Part shown: positions 39,815 to 49,256 of the stretch, in pieces | Layout of the letters: every line of letters begins with the position of its first letter | Position numbering within the stretch: the stretch's first letter is position 1 | NCBI GenBank assembly: GCA_965226795.1 | Contig: CBDDDZ010000005.1 | Coordinates: 2,816,001-2,880,000, forward strand | Length of the DNA: 64,000 bases | Origin: Candidatus Latescibacterota bacterium | GTDB taxonomy: Bacteria > Latescibacterota > UBA2968 > GCA-2709665 | Direction: 5' to 3' | Notes under the pieces: model-generated | What the model was told of the DNA's origin: nothing | The model's database searches: none | Seen by the model: only the letters and a program-made list of their open reading frames with translations | Position numbers and translations under genes: made by a program

Positions 39815-40948
39815 ATGCCCGACAAACCGGTACTCATCATCGACGGCCACCTGGACATGGCCTTCAACGCCCTCTTCTACCGGCGCGACCTCACCCGGCC
39901 GGTGCATGTCCTGCGGGAGCGGGAAGACGTCGTTCGGGCAGACCTTTCAATCCATAAGGACTCTCTTGAAAGACGCGCGGGCCTCAAGGACAAACGCTAC
40001 ACGGTGACCGTAACCCTGCCGGAGATGCGCGAGGGCCACGTCGGCATCATGCTCTCTACCGTCATGGCCCGTGTCCAGGCCCCCTCCATCAATTCCCACA
40101 ACTCCGTTCGGGCCCAATCGGTAGCATATGCCAGGGGCCAGAGCCACCTCCACTATTACAACGCCCTCGCCCGCCGGGGCGAGATCACGTTCATCAAAAA
40201 CGCCGTCGACCTGGATACATGTGTCTCATCCTGGCAGAACCCGACGGACACCACGCCGATCGGCCTGATTCTGACCGCCGAGAGCGCCGACCCCATCCTG
40301 GGTCCCGACCAGGTGGGAGATTGGTGGGACGCCGGCCTGCGCTCGGTGTCTCTCACCCACTTCGGCGCCAATACCTACGGCCACGGCACCGGCACAGTCG
40401 GCGGACTCTATCCGCCCGCATACCCCCTGATGGACGCCTTCAAAGACGTCGGCATGGTTATCGACCTTACCCATGCGTCGGACCTCACCTTCTGGCAAAT
40501 CCTGGACCATTGGGACGGCCCGGTTCACGCCAGCCACTGCAACTGCCGCGCACTGGTTTCCGGCCAGCGACACCTCAGCGACGAAATGATCCAGGCCATT
40601 GTGGAACGCGACGGCGTCATCGGAATGGTCTTTGCCGAACAGATGCTCAGCCCCACCTGGGACTGGGACGATCCTTTGACCCACTACGCCACCGCCACGC
40701 GGCCCATGAAGGCCGTTGTCGAACACATCGACCACGTCTGCCAACTCACGGGCAACAGCCGCCACGTGGCGATCGGGACGGACCTCGACGGTGGATTCGG
40801 GCTGGAACTCTCACCCACGGACTACAACACCATCGCCGACCTCCAGCGATTCCCAGGCATCATGGAAGCGCACGGATACACTTCCGAAGACGTCGACAAC
40901 ATCTGTCACGGCAACCTCATCCGGTTCTTCAAGAACGCGTGGACCTGA
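39815..40948 (+). CDS. Membrane dipeptidase (M19) family, paralog 1
   Basis: DGHLD, ESADPI, DLTH, ASHCN and GTDLDGG motifs. Confidence 0.88.
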   Translation: MPDKPVLIIDGHLDMAFNALFYRRDLTRPVHVLREREDVVRADLSIHKDSLERRAGLKDKRYTVTVTLPEMREGHVGIMLSTVMARVQAPSINSHNSVRAQSVAYARGQSHLHYYNALARRGEITFIKNAVDLDTCVSSWQNPTDTTPIGLILTAESADPILGPDQVGDWWDAGLRSVSLTHFGANTYGHGTGTVGGLYPPAYPLMDAFKDVGMVIDLTHASDLTFWQILDHWDGPVHASHCNCRALVSGQRHLSDEMIQAIVERDGVIGMVFAEQMLSPTWDWDDPLTHYATATRPMKAVVEHIDHVCQLTGNSRHVAIGTDLDGGFGLELSPTDYNTIADLQRFPGIMEAHGYTSEDVDNICHGNLIRFFKNAWT

Positions 40949-41013
40949 TCCGATCTGAATTCGCAGTCACCTGTCTCTCCGAACAGGTGGGCATTTTCCG
41001 TTGAGGGCAGAGA

Positions 41014-42096
41014 ATGTCAGACCGTCCGTATCTTATCGCAGACAGCCACCTGGACCTGGGGTTCAGCGCAATACAGGTCAACCGGGACCTCACGCAACCG
41101 GCAGCGACGGTCCGCGTCCACGACGCCGAACCCGTGATGCGCAGCTTCGGAAGTTGTACTGTAACCTTTCCTGAACTTCGCCGGGGACACGTCGGCATCA
41201 TCTTCGGAACGATGATGTCCCGCACCGACCCCAACGACCGCTGGAGCCGGACGGGCATGTACTGCCAGGACCAGTGCCACGGCGTGGGCCGGGGCCACCT
41301 GGCCTATTATCAGGCGATGGAACGCGAAGGCGTAATTCGTTTCATCCGTAATTCGCGGGACATGGACGAAACCGTCGCCGCCTGGGAAAACCCCGCCCCC
41401 GACACGCCCATCGGCCTGGTGGTGGCCATGGAAAGCGCCGACCCGATCCTGGACCCCTCCCAGGTTCCGGAATGGTACGATCTGGGGCTCCGCATTGTCA
41501 GTATTTCCCACTACGGCGTCAGCTCCTATTGCCACGGCACGGGCACCGAGGGTGGCCTGCTGGAACGCGGCAGACCCCTTCTCGACGCCCTGAAGGAAGC
41601 AGGGATTATCGTTGACCTCACCCACACCACGGACCAGGCCTTCTGGGAAATCCTGGAAGTCTACGACGGCCCCGTGGCCGCCTCTCACCACAACTGCCGC
41701 GCCCTCACGCCCGGCCAGCGCCAGCTCACCGACGGGATGATCGAGGCGATTGTCGAACGAGGCGGCGTGATCGGCGCCGCATTCGATGCCTGGATGCTGG
41801 ATCCGGACTGGAAACGTGAAATTCCATGCTGGGCCCAGCGCACAAAGGCCACGCTCGAGACCGTTGTCAATCACATCGACCACGTCTGTCAACTCGCCGG
41901 CAACGCAAGGCACGCCGGCATCGGCACGGATCTGGACGGCGGCTTCGGACAGGAACAATCCCCGCGCGACCTCAATACCATCGCCGATCTGCAGAACATG
42001 GTCGGCATCCTTCAGCGCCGCGGCTATGTCGAATCCGACATTCGCAGCATCCTTTCCGGCAACTGGGTCCGATTCCTCAAGGAAGTATGGGGATAG
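41014..42096 (+). CDS. Membrane dipeptidase (M19) family, paralog 2
   Basis: DSHLD, ESADPI, DLTH, ASHHN and GTDLDGG motifs. Confidence 0.88.
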   Translation: MSDRPYLIADSHLDLGFSAIQVNRDLTQPAATVRVHDAEPVMRSFGSCTVTFPELRRGHVGIIFGTMMSRTDPNDRWSRTGMYCQDQCHGVGRGHLAYYQAMEREGVIRFIRNSRDMDETVAAWENPAPDTPIGLVVAMESADPILDPSQVPEWYDLGLRIVSISHYGVSSYCHGTGTEGGLLERGRPLLDALKEAGIIVDLTHTTDQAFWEILEVYDGPVAASHHNCRALTPGQRQLTDGMIEAIVERGGVIGAAFDAWMLDPDWKREIPCWAQRTKATLETVVNHIDHVCQLAGNARHAGIGTDLDGGFGQEQSPRDLNTIADLQNMVGILQRRGYVESDIRSILSGNWVRFLKEVWG

Positions 42097-42102
42097 GCGA
42101 TC

Positions 42103-42132
42103 AACAGGGGCGACGCATGCGCCGCCCCTGTT
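42103..42132. repeat. REP-like hairpin
   Basis: aacaggggcg-acgcatgcgc-cgcccctgtt. Confidence 0.5.
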
Positions 42133-42153
42133 TGTCAGACAGAACGATCCCGG

Positions 42154-43623
42154 ATGATTCCAAGACCGAACCTTCTCCTGATTACAACCGACCAGCAGCG
42201 CGGTGACTGCCTCGGATGCGACGGCCACCCGGTACTCGAAACCCCCTACCTGGATGAACTGGCCGAGGGCGGCGTGCGTTTCAACCACGCCTACACCTCC
42301 GTCCCCTCCTGCACCCCCGCCCGTGCGGGTATCCTCACAGGCATGGATCAGTGGAACCATGGCCGTCTCACGATGACCGGCACCGACCCGCTCGAGTACC
42401 CGGCCACGTTGCCCGGTGAACTCGCCAATGCGGGCTATCACACCCAGGCCGTGGGCAAAATGCACTTCCACCCCCAACGCAAACTCTATGGCTTCCACCA
42501 TATGGTCCTGGACGAGAGCGGGCGACGTTTGGGGAAATTCATCAGCGATTACCACGTTTTCTTTGAGAAACACAAAGAGGGCGAGTACGGCTACCGCGAC
42601 CACAGCATCGACTGGAACTCCTGGATGGCCCGCCCATCGCATCTGCCGGAACACCTGCACCCCACACACTGGACCGCTTCCGAAGGCGTCAGGTTTCTGC
42701 AACAACGCGATCCGACCAGACCCTTTTTCCTCTGGCTGTCTTTCGCCCGCCCCCATTCCCCGTACGACCCGCCGCAACCCTATTACGATATGTACGTGGA
42801 CAATCCGGAGGTCCCCAAAGCGGCTATGGGCCCGTGGTCCGCCCGATACGACCGGCGAATCGCGGACGTCAACGCCCCCCGCACCCGCCGCACCGACGCC
42901 GAAACCCACCGAGCGCGAGCGGCCTACTACGGCAATATCACCTTTATTGACCATCAAATCGGCCGGGTTCTGCACGAACTGCGCAGACGCGACCCGGCGG
43001 CCTCGGCCAACACCCTCCTTCTCTTCACCTCGGACCACGGCGACATGATGGGCGACCACCACCACTGGCGAAAAACCTACGCCTACGAGGGCTCCGCCCG
43101 AATCCCGTTCATTCTCAAATACCCGGACACCTGGGATTTTACCCGCAACCGGACGCTGGCTCAGCCGGTCGAGCTACGAGACATCATGCCCACCTTTCTC
43201 GACGCCGCGGGCGTTCCCATCCCTGAATCCGTAGACGGCCTCAGCCTGCTTAATCTCTCCCGGGGCAGGACCGACGGCTGGCGGGCGTTCGTACAGGGTG
43301 AACACACCACCTGTTACGACAAAGAACACGGAATGCAATACGTTACCGACGGGCGCGAAAAGTACATCTGGTTCCACCTTACCGGCGTCGAGCAATTCTT
43401 CGACCTGGAGACCGACCCTCTCGAATGCAACGACCTCGCGGCGGACCCCGACCGGCAACCACGTATCGAGGTCTGGCGCAGACGCCTGGCCCGGGTCAAC
43501 GAGGAACGCGGCGATCCCCGGGGCCGGAACGGCAAACTCGTGCCGCAGCCGGACGGCGCCCTGACGCTGTCTCCCAACTACGAAAAATGGAAACAACGCG
43601 CCAAAGCGCTGGTTGATAAATAA
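42154..43623 (+). CDS. Arylsulfatase
   Basis: ITTDQQR, CTPAR, GKMH and SDHG motifs. Confidence 0.92.
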   Translation: MIPRPNLLLITTDQQRGDCLGCDGHPVLETPYLDELAEGGVRFNHAYTSVPSCTPARAGILTGMDQWNHGRLTMTGTDPLEYPATLPGELANAGYHTQAVGKMHFHPQRKLYGFHHMVLDESGRRLGKFISDYHVFFEKHKEGEYGYRDHSIDWNSWMARPSHLPEHLHPTHWTASEGVRFLQQRDPTRPFFLWLSFARPHSPYDPPQPYYDMYVDNPEVPKAAMGPWSARYDRRIADVNAPRTRRTDAETHRARAAYYGNITFIDHQIGRVLHELRRRDPAASANTLLLFTSDHGDMMGDHHHWRKTYAYEGSARIPFILKYPDTWDFTRNRTLAQPVELRDIMPTFLDAAGVPIPESVDGLSLLNLSRGRTDGWRAFVQGEHTTCYDKEHGMQYVTDGREKYIWFHLTGVEQFFDLETDPLECNDLAADPDRQPRIEVWRRRLARVNEERGDPRGRNGKLVPQPDGALTLSPNYEKWKQRAKALVDK

Positions 43624-43691
43624 AACAAAACCGTACCGGAGCGCGCCCCGACCCTGCGGCCATCTCTATTTCGGCGATACGAGGCACGACC

Positions 43692-44729
43692 ATGTCAAGA
43701 AAAACCAACTTCAGTTTCTCTCCGTCTGTGCATCACGGGCATGTGATGGATACACTCGAACCGTCGATGACGTATCGGGACGACGACCTCAAACCCTGGC
43801 AGCAGAAGCTCCGCCGCAAGGTACGCCAGCTTGTCGGGGACATGCCGGAAGAACGTGTCTCCCTGAACGTACGCACCGTCTGGAAACGGGATCACCCGCT
43901 GGGAAGCATCGAAAAGATCGTATTCACCAGCGAGCCGTGTGCCGACGTTCCCGCGTATGTATGCCTGCCCAAAGGCCAGGTACCGCCTTACACCTTCTTC
44001 ATCTGTCTCCAGGGACACTCGACGGGAATGCACAACTCCATCGCCGTCGCCCGGGACGATAACGCCGCACCCATCGAAGTACCCGGAGACAGGGACTTCG
44101 GCCTCGGGTGCATGAAGCGTGGTATTGGCGCACTCTGCATCGAACAGCGCTCTTTCGGCGAACGGCGGGAGCGCGTCCAGCAAAAAACGTCCTCCCATGG
44201 ATGTCACGACGCCACAATGCACGCCCTTATGCTCGGTCGCACCCTGCTGGGCGAGCGGGTTTATGACGTAGACAGAGGGATCGACTACCTGCTTTCCCGA
44301 GGCGACGCCCATCCCGGGCGCATCGGAATAATGGGCAACTCCGGCGGCGGGACCGTCAGCCTCTTTGTCTCGGCTTTACTGCCGCGTATCTCGTACGCCA
44401 TGCCCTCCTGTTATTTCTGCACGTTCCGGGACTCCATCATGTCCATATATCACTGTGCGGACAACTATGTGCCCGGATTGCTCAAGTACGCGGAAATGGC
44501 CGACGTAATGGGCCTCTTTGCTCCCAGACCGGTCGTTATCGTGGCCGGAAAAGAAGACGGTATTTTTCCCGTCGCCGGCGTTCGGAAAGCCTTTCGCCAT
44601 CTCAAGGAAATCTACACCGCCGCGGGCGCATCCCAACGCTGCCACCTGGTTGTCGGCAACGGAGGCCACCGATTCTATGCCGAGGAAGCCTGGCCGGTAA
44701 TGCTCGAGGAAATCGCGAAAGACGCCTGA
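43692..44729 (+). CDS. Alpha/beta hydrolase (acetyl xylan esterase/dienelactone hydrolase-like)
   Basis: GNSGGG nucleophile elbow; GKED; GGHRF. Confidence 0.85.
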   Translation: MSRKTNFSFSPSVHHGHVMDTLEPSMTYRDDDLKPWQQKLRRKVRQLVGDMPEERVSLNVRTVWKRDHPLGSIEKIVFTSEPCADVPAYVCLPKGQVPPYTFFICLQGHSTGMHNSIAVARDDNAAPIEVPGDRDFGLGCMKRGIGALCIEQRSFGERRERVQQKTSSHGCHDATMHALMLGRTLLGERVYDVDRGIDYLLSRGDAHPGRIGIMGNSGGGTVSLFVSALLPRISYAMPSCYFCTFRDSIMSIYHCADNYVPGLLKYAEMADVMGLFAPRPVVIVAGKEDGIFPVAGVRKAFRHLKEIYTAAGASQRCHLVVGNGGHRFYAEEAWPVMLEEIAKDA

Positions 44730-44786
44730 TACGGACGAAAAAACGGGCGCGGATCCCGCCGCGCCCCAACTGCAAGAGAAGAAGCC

Positions 44787-45260
44787 ATGCCGAAGAAATA
44801 CTGGCTTATGAAGTGCGAACTCAGCGAATGCAGCTTCGACGACCTGAAGAACAACCGTCCCGACAGTACCGGAAAATGGCGCGGCGTGCGCAACTATCAG
44901 GCCCGCAACTTCATCCGCGACGACATGCGGACGGGCGACGTTGTCCTCTTCTACCAGTCGAACTGCGACGAACCCGGTATTGCCGGGCTTGCGGAAATTG
45001 TGCGGGCGGCCTATCCCGACCCTTCGGCCTTCGACCCCGGGAGCAACTATTACGACGTGAAATCCACCCCGGACGATCCCCGATGGTTCTCAGTGGACGT
45101 CAAATGGAAAAAGGCCTTCAGAATCTACGTGCATCTCAAAAACCTGAAAGCCAATCCTGAACTGAAAGAGATGCTGGTTGTCCGGAGGGGACAGCGCCTA
45201 TCCATCCAGCCCGTTAAGAAAAGGGAATTTGAAATCGTCAGTGAAATGGGAGGGGTCTGA
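44787..45260 (+). CDS. EVE domain protein
   Basis: YWLMKCE, WRGVRNYQARN, GD..LFY and RLSIQPV motifs. Confidence 0.93.
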   Translation: MPKKYWLMKCELSECSFDDLKNNRPDSTGKWRGVRNYQARNFIRDDMRTGDVVLFYQSNCDEPGIAGLAEIVRAAYPDPSAFDPGSNYYDVKSTPDDPRWFSVDVKWKKAFRIYVHLKNLKANPELKEMLVVRRGQRLSIQPVKKREFEIVSEMGGV

Positions 45261-45328
45261 AGTTACCCTTCCCCTTTTGCCATACCCTCGTAGTCTGTCG
45301 GACACCCCACCTACGCGTCCCAATCCGA

Positions 45329-46162
45329 TTACGGCGCCTCCGGAACTTCCACCGGCAGATCCAGCCGGTCGCCCCATTCCTTCCACGACCCGATGTAGTT
45401 GCGCACATCTCGATAGCCCAGCAGGCGCAACGCCAGGTACGAATGGGAGGAACGGTACCCGCCCTGTCAGTAACATGCCACCGTCTGCTCCGGCGTCACA
45501 CCCGCCCTCTCGTACAAAGCGCGCAACTCCGCCGCCGGTTTGAAAGCGCCCGACTCATCCAGGTTGTTCAGATATTCGATATGCACGGCATCGGGGATGG
45601 CGCCGCCCCGGGCCGAACGCGCCACCCGCCCGTAATACTCGTCGTCGCTCCGCGTATCCAGCGGCACAAATCCCGCCCGTCCCAGCGAATCCCGAATCTC
45701 CTCGAAACCGATGTGGCGTTCCGCCACCTGCCCCATCTCGAACGTGGTCGTCTCCGGAATCAAAACCTCGAGAGTCGTCTCGTATCCCGCCGCCGTCCAG
45801 GCACCTAAGCCGCCGTCCAGAACCTGTACGTCGCGGTGCCCCATATACTCACAAATCCAGAAACCGCGCGCCGCCCGCATCCCGGAGTCGTTTTCGTAGA
45901 ACACCACCGTTTTGTCGGAACTGACTCCCCGGCTTCCCATCAGGTATGCCAACGTCCACATGAACCCTTCAAACGCCTCCCGCCCGGTGTTGTTCAGGCT
46001 GATCCCGTAGAGATCCAGGTGAAGAGCCCCCGGGATATGCCCTGCCACGTATTCGTGCGTGGGCCTGACATCCACGATGCACATCGATCCATCGTGGATG
46101 CGACCGTGCAACTGACCGGGTGTCATCAACAGATCCGAATTCGCATATCCTTTCGTGTTCAT
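45329..46162 (-). CDS. Tandem-domain rhodanese/sulfurtransferase with in-frame TGA at the catalytic Cys (probable selenoprotein), 277 aa
   Basis: GHIPGA, LDGG..AW and G.IP.A motifs. Reading through the TGA at 45467-45469 gives [36 protein letters not shown], ending at TAA 45329-45331. AGGAGG RBS. Confidence 0.88.
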
Positions 46163-46164
46163 CG

Positions 46165-47226
46165 TCAATCCTCCTGCCCACAATACGCTCTGACGTCCAT
46201 ACATCGCCCGCCCTGCCGGGCCGAATCCCATCCGGCCAGGATTGGCGCCAGAGAATACAGACCATCGTGATAGTCGTTCAGAATTGCGTTACGATCGCCC
46301 GAACGCACCGCCTCGACAAATATCCGATCCTGCTCGAACCACGGGTCGAAATCCCCTGAACGATAGACCGTCTCGCCGTTCAGATCGATTCGATCGTACC
46401 GGAAAATCTCAAGCCGTCCCCCCTCGAAAAAAAACGTGAACCAGGGCTGCGGTGTACCTGCCGGATCCGCCGATACGAACGTCATGGTCATCGTCGCCCC
46501 ATTATTCAACAAGAAATGGAACGAAGAGGACAATGGTTCGCAGAAGACGTCCGGCTGCTCACAATAGAACGCCTGGACTTTGTCCACTTCCAATCCTGTC
46601 ACGAATCTGGTGGAGTCCGTGGCATGTACACCCCAATCGAGCGCCGACCCACCCGATTTGTCCATCTGGTGCCACCAGGAGGCTCCTTCCATCCGCGACC
46701 TGAGCGGCGGCGGACCGCCCACGGATCGAAAAATCGCGTGCACGATCCGCTTCCCCGACAGTATCCGCCTGGCCTCCTGGAACAGTGGTCGATACCGTTC
46801 TCGAAAGCACACCGTACTCAACACGCCTGCGTTCCGAACCGCCCGGTCGATATCAAGCGCCACGGCCATCCGAAGCGCCTGCGGTTTTTCGCTGAAGAGA
46901 TGAATACCCCGTTCCACGGCCCTGATCTCGACGTCCGTGCGCGCAAAAGCGGGCACCACCGAATAAAGCACGTCGAACCACTCTTTCTCGACCATCTCGC
47001 GTCCATCTGTATAGACTGCCGGAATGTCAAAGCGCTCCGCCGTGCAACCCAGGGCCGCGGCATCCACGTCGCAGGCCGCCACAACGTCGACGCCCAGCTT
47101 CTTCAAGTTTGGAATATGGGTCTGGTTCGCCCATGAGCCCGTGCCGTAGATCGCCGCGCGGACCGCGCGCCCGGTCCTTCTTGCCAAATCCGACCGGACA
47201 TCGTCGTCTTCCGGTTTCGTTCCCAC
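46165..47226 (-). CDS. Gfo/Idh/MocA oxidoreductase
   Basis: AIYGTG Rossmann start; EKP; DWGVH. Confidence 0.88.
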   Translation of the reverse strand: MGTKPEDDDVRSDLARRTGRAVRAAIYGTGSWANQTHIPNLKKLGVDVVAACDVDAAALGCTAERFDIPAVYTDGREMVEKEWFDVLYSVVPAFARTDVEIRAVERGIHLFSEKPQALRMAVALDIDRAVRNAGVLSTVCFRERYRPLFQEARRILSGKRIVHAIFRSVGGPPPLRSRMEGASWWHQMDKSGGSALDWGVHATDSTRFVTGLEVDKVQAFYCEQPDVFCEPLSSSFHFLLNNGATMTMTFVSADPAGTPQPWFTFFFEGGRLEIFRYDRIDLNGETVYRSGDFDPWFEQDRIFVEAVRSGDRNAILNDYHDGLYSLAPILAGWDSARQGGRCMDVRAYCGQED

Positions 47227-47230
47227 CCGC

Positions 47231-48508
47231 CTACCCCCTCGCCAGGGACTCCGCTGCCTGTACTATGGTTTGCTCCTCACCCTGGAATCTAGCCGGTTCG
47301 CCGTAATAGGGGTATGCGTTGGGCTCGTACCCGCCCTCCTCGTAGTGCCGATCGGTACATAGGTATCCGATCTCGTCGTTTGCGTATCCCACCGGCCACA
47401 CGTCATCCGCATCCACCATCCACCGCAGACGTTTTTCGATCGCGTGTCCGATTTCCTGCACCGGCTCGCCGGGTATGGTGACACACGTCAGCGGACCGAC
47501 CGCCATCAACTGCATCTCCGTGGCGCGGCTTTCCGGGATTCCACCGCTCTCGATCATCTCCAGCACGCAGTTCGCCCACGGGCCGATCAACAGGCGACCC
47601 CTTGCGCTCTCGTCGGACGCTATCGCACGAAGTTTCTCCACCGGATCGTGCTCGCCGAATGAAATCCGCACATCAGTAACCCGCGCTTTCAGTTGCGAGG
47701 ATCGCCGGGTCTTCAGACTTTCGGCCACGCGCACGACCTCGCGGCCCAACTCCTCGCCGCAGGCGTCCAGTTCGGCCTTGCTCGCGGACTTGAACCTTCC
47801 CGTTTCAGGACTCACCACGGCGGGCCGAATATTCCCGAAACATCCTGCCAGAAACAACGCTTTACATCCAATCGCATCTTCAATCACACGGCGGGCGATA
47901 CCCGCGTAATCGGGCGAAATATAGCCCTCGGACCCGCTCTTGGTGGTGGTATGGCATGAATAGTGAAACAGCACCGCCAGCGGCGTTCCGTCCTCCGCCT
48001 CCACGCGAAGCACCCGCGCGCGCCGGTCCACAATACCGCCGAAATTCTGCATCATGCTGGCCGTGCCCGGCAGCGGCCTGCGGCAGATATTGAAATGCGC
48101 CGACCCACAGCCCAGCCCGAACCGTACGGGTTTGAGATCAGCCGCCGCGCGGACTATGCTCGCCGCGGTTTCGATCTCGATCCTATCCATCCAACCCTCT
48201 GGCGGCTTCATGCCCAGCGAAGGCAACGTGGCCGGCGCCGAATGCGTGTGGCTGCACGCCACCATAACGTGATCTCCAGGGATACCGCACGCCGCAGTCA
48301 CCCGCGCCCGTATCCGATCGGTCGTCTCTTTCGTCACGCCAATCACATCGATCGTGGCGATCGCCGTCCTGACGTCGCCCTCTTCGAATACGATTGCCCG
48401 CACCTCCAGCGGGTACAGCACCGAATGCGAGGGATTCGTACTCCAGTGTCCCTGCAGTACGGCCCCGGGATCGGGGGTAATATCGGCCATTGCAACGCCG
48501 CTCTTCAT
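47231..48508 (-). CDS. Neutral/alkaline ceramidase-like protein
   Basis: DITP, SHTHSAP, YSCHTT, ISPDY, PGEP and GYAND..GY...GGYE motifs. Confidence 0.8.
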   Translation of the reverse strand: MKSGVAMADITPDPGAVLQGHWSTNPSHSVLYPLEVRAIVFEEGDVRTAIATIDVIGVTKETTDRIRARVTAACGIPGDHVMVACSHTHSAPATLPSLGMKPPEGWMDRIEIETAASIVRAAADLKPVRFGLGCGSAHFNICRRPLPGTASMMQNFGGIVDRRARVLRVEAEDGTPLAVLFHYSCHTTTKSGSEGYISPDYAGIARRVIEDAIGCKALFLAGCFGNIRPAVVSPETGRFKSASKAELDACGEELGREVVRVAESLKTRRSSQLKARVTDVRISFGEHDPVEKLRAIASDESARGRLLIGPWANCVLEMIESGGIPESRATEMQLMAVGPLTCVTIPGEPVQEIGHAIEKRLRWMVDADDVWPVGYANDEIGYLCTDRHYEEGGYEPNAYPYYGEPARFQGEEQTIVQAAESLARG

Positions 48509-48556
48509 GGTTTCCTCCTTTGTCGTTTTGGGAGACAGGGCTCCAGGTCGGCACTC

Positions 48557-48808
48557 TTATGTCTGCCGGGAAATTCGGACACGCCCTCCGCGAATAGTAA
48601 CGACGGCTTGGTTTCCAGGGCAGTCCGATGTCGCTCAAGCGCCTGCGCCATTAAGGCGATACGTTGTTCTACCGGCACATCCGGGAGGCGCACCAACCCT
48701 GCATGCCGGGCCCGCCGGACATAAACGAGCTCTCCGAAATCGGTGTCGATCGTCACCAGAATTCTTCCAGTGACGGCGGCCAACGCACCTATCGACGAGG
48801 AATCTCAC
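48557..48808 (-). pseudogene. DUF5615/PIN-like toxin remnant
   Basis: GTG start overlaps the DUF433 stop. MRFLVDRCVGRR jumps out of frame to RILVTIDTDFGELVY; a second shift precedes AVVTIRGGRVRISR*. Confidence 0.75.
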
Positions 48809-49056
48809 GTATCCGCGACCGCAATGGCGTCCAGTGAATCTCTGGTGATGACCGCGTGCGCATAGGCAGCACAGGCGTGTATATCATCCGGTTCGAGTTC
48901 GGGGTAATCGTCCAAAATCGCATCAATCGTTACGCCCTTTGCCAGTAGACCCAGGACAAGCTCGACCGAAATTCTCATATCGCGAACAATGGGTTTTCCG
49001 CCAAAGACATCCGGGCGATCGGTGATTCGGCTGAGCAGTTCTGAATTGCTGGTCAT
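48805..49056 (-). CDS. DUF433 antitoxin
   Basis: RIT..PDVFGGKPIVRDMRISVE...ILDDYPELEPDDI.AC..YA. Confidence 0.92.
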   Translation of the reverse strand: MTSNSELLSRITDRPDVFGGKPIVRDMRISVELVLGLLAKGVTIDAILDDYPELEPDDIHACAAYAHAVITRDSLDAIAVADT

Positions 49057-49256
49057 GTCACCTCCGATGGTTCGACGGCATAACGGCCGGCGCATTTCTT
49101 TCTGGAATATAACATACACGTACGAAAAAGAAAAGCCCGAGCGGCCGCGATTCTTCGCGTCTAAGCCTCCCCGGGCGAGTGTTCGAACCGGCAGAATTCA
49201 CGGCCCGTCTTCCTCCTGACAGGCCCGTACCCTATTGCTTCGTCAAACAGATACGC

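Noticed and set aside
41017..43065. 682-aa minus-strand ORF (likewise 5904-6890, 6677-8068, 25239-26402, 26466-27632, 28793-30259, 52419-53681)
   Set aside because: Antisense to genes with clear family motifs; expected in GC-rich DNA; no motifs of their own.
45467..45469. Genome-wide UGA reassignment (genetic code 4 or 25)
   Set aside because: Many genes end normally at TGA (e.g. 2883, 6848, 24267, 26675) and Trp uses TGG.
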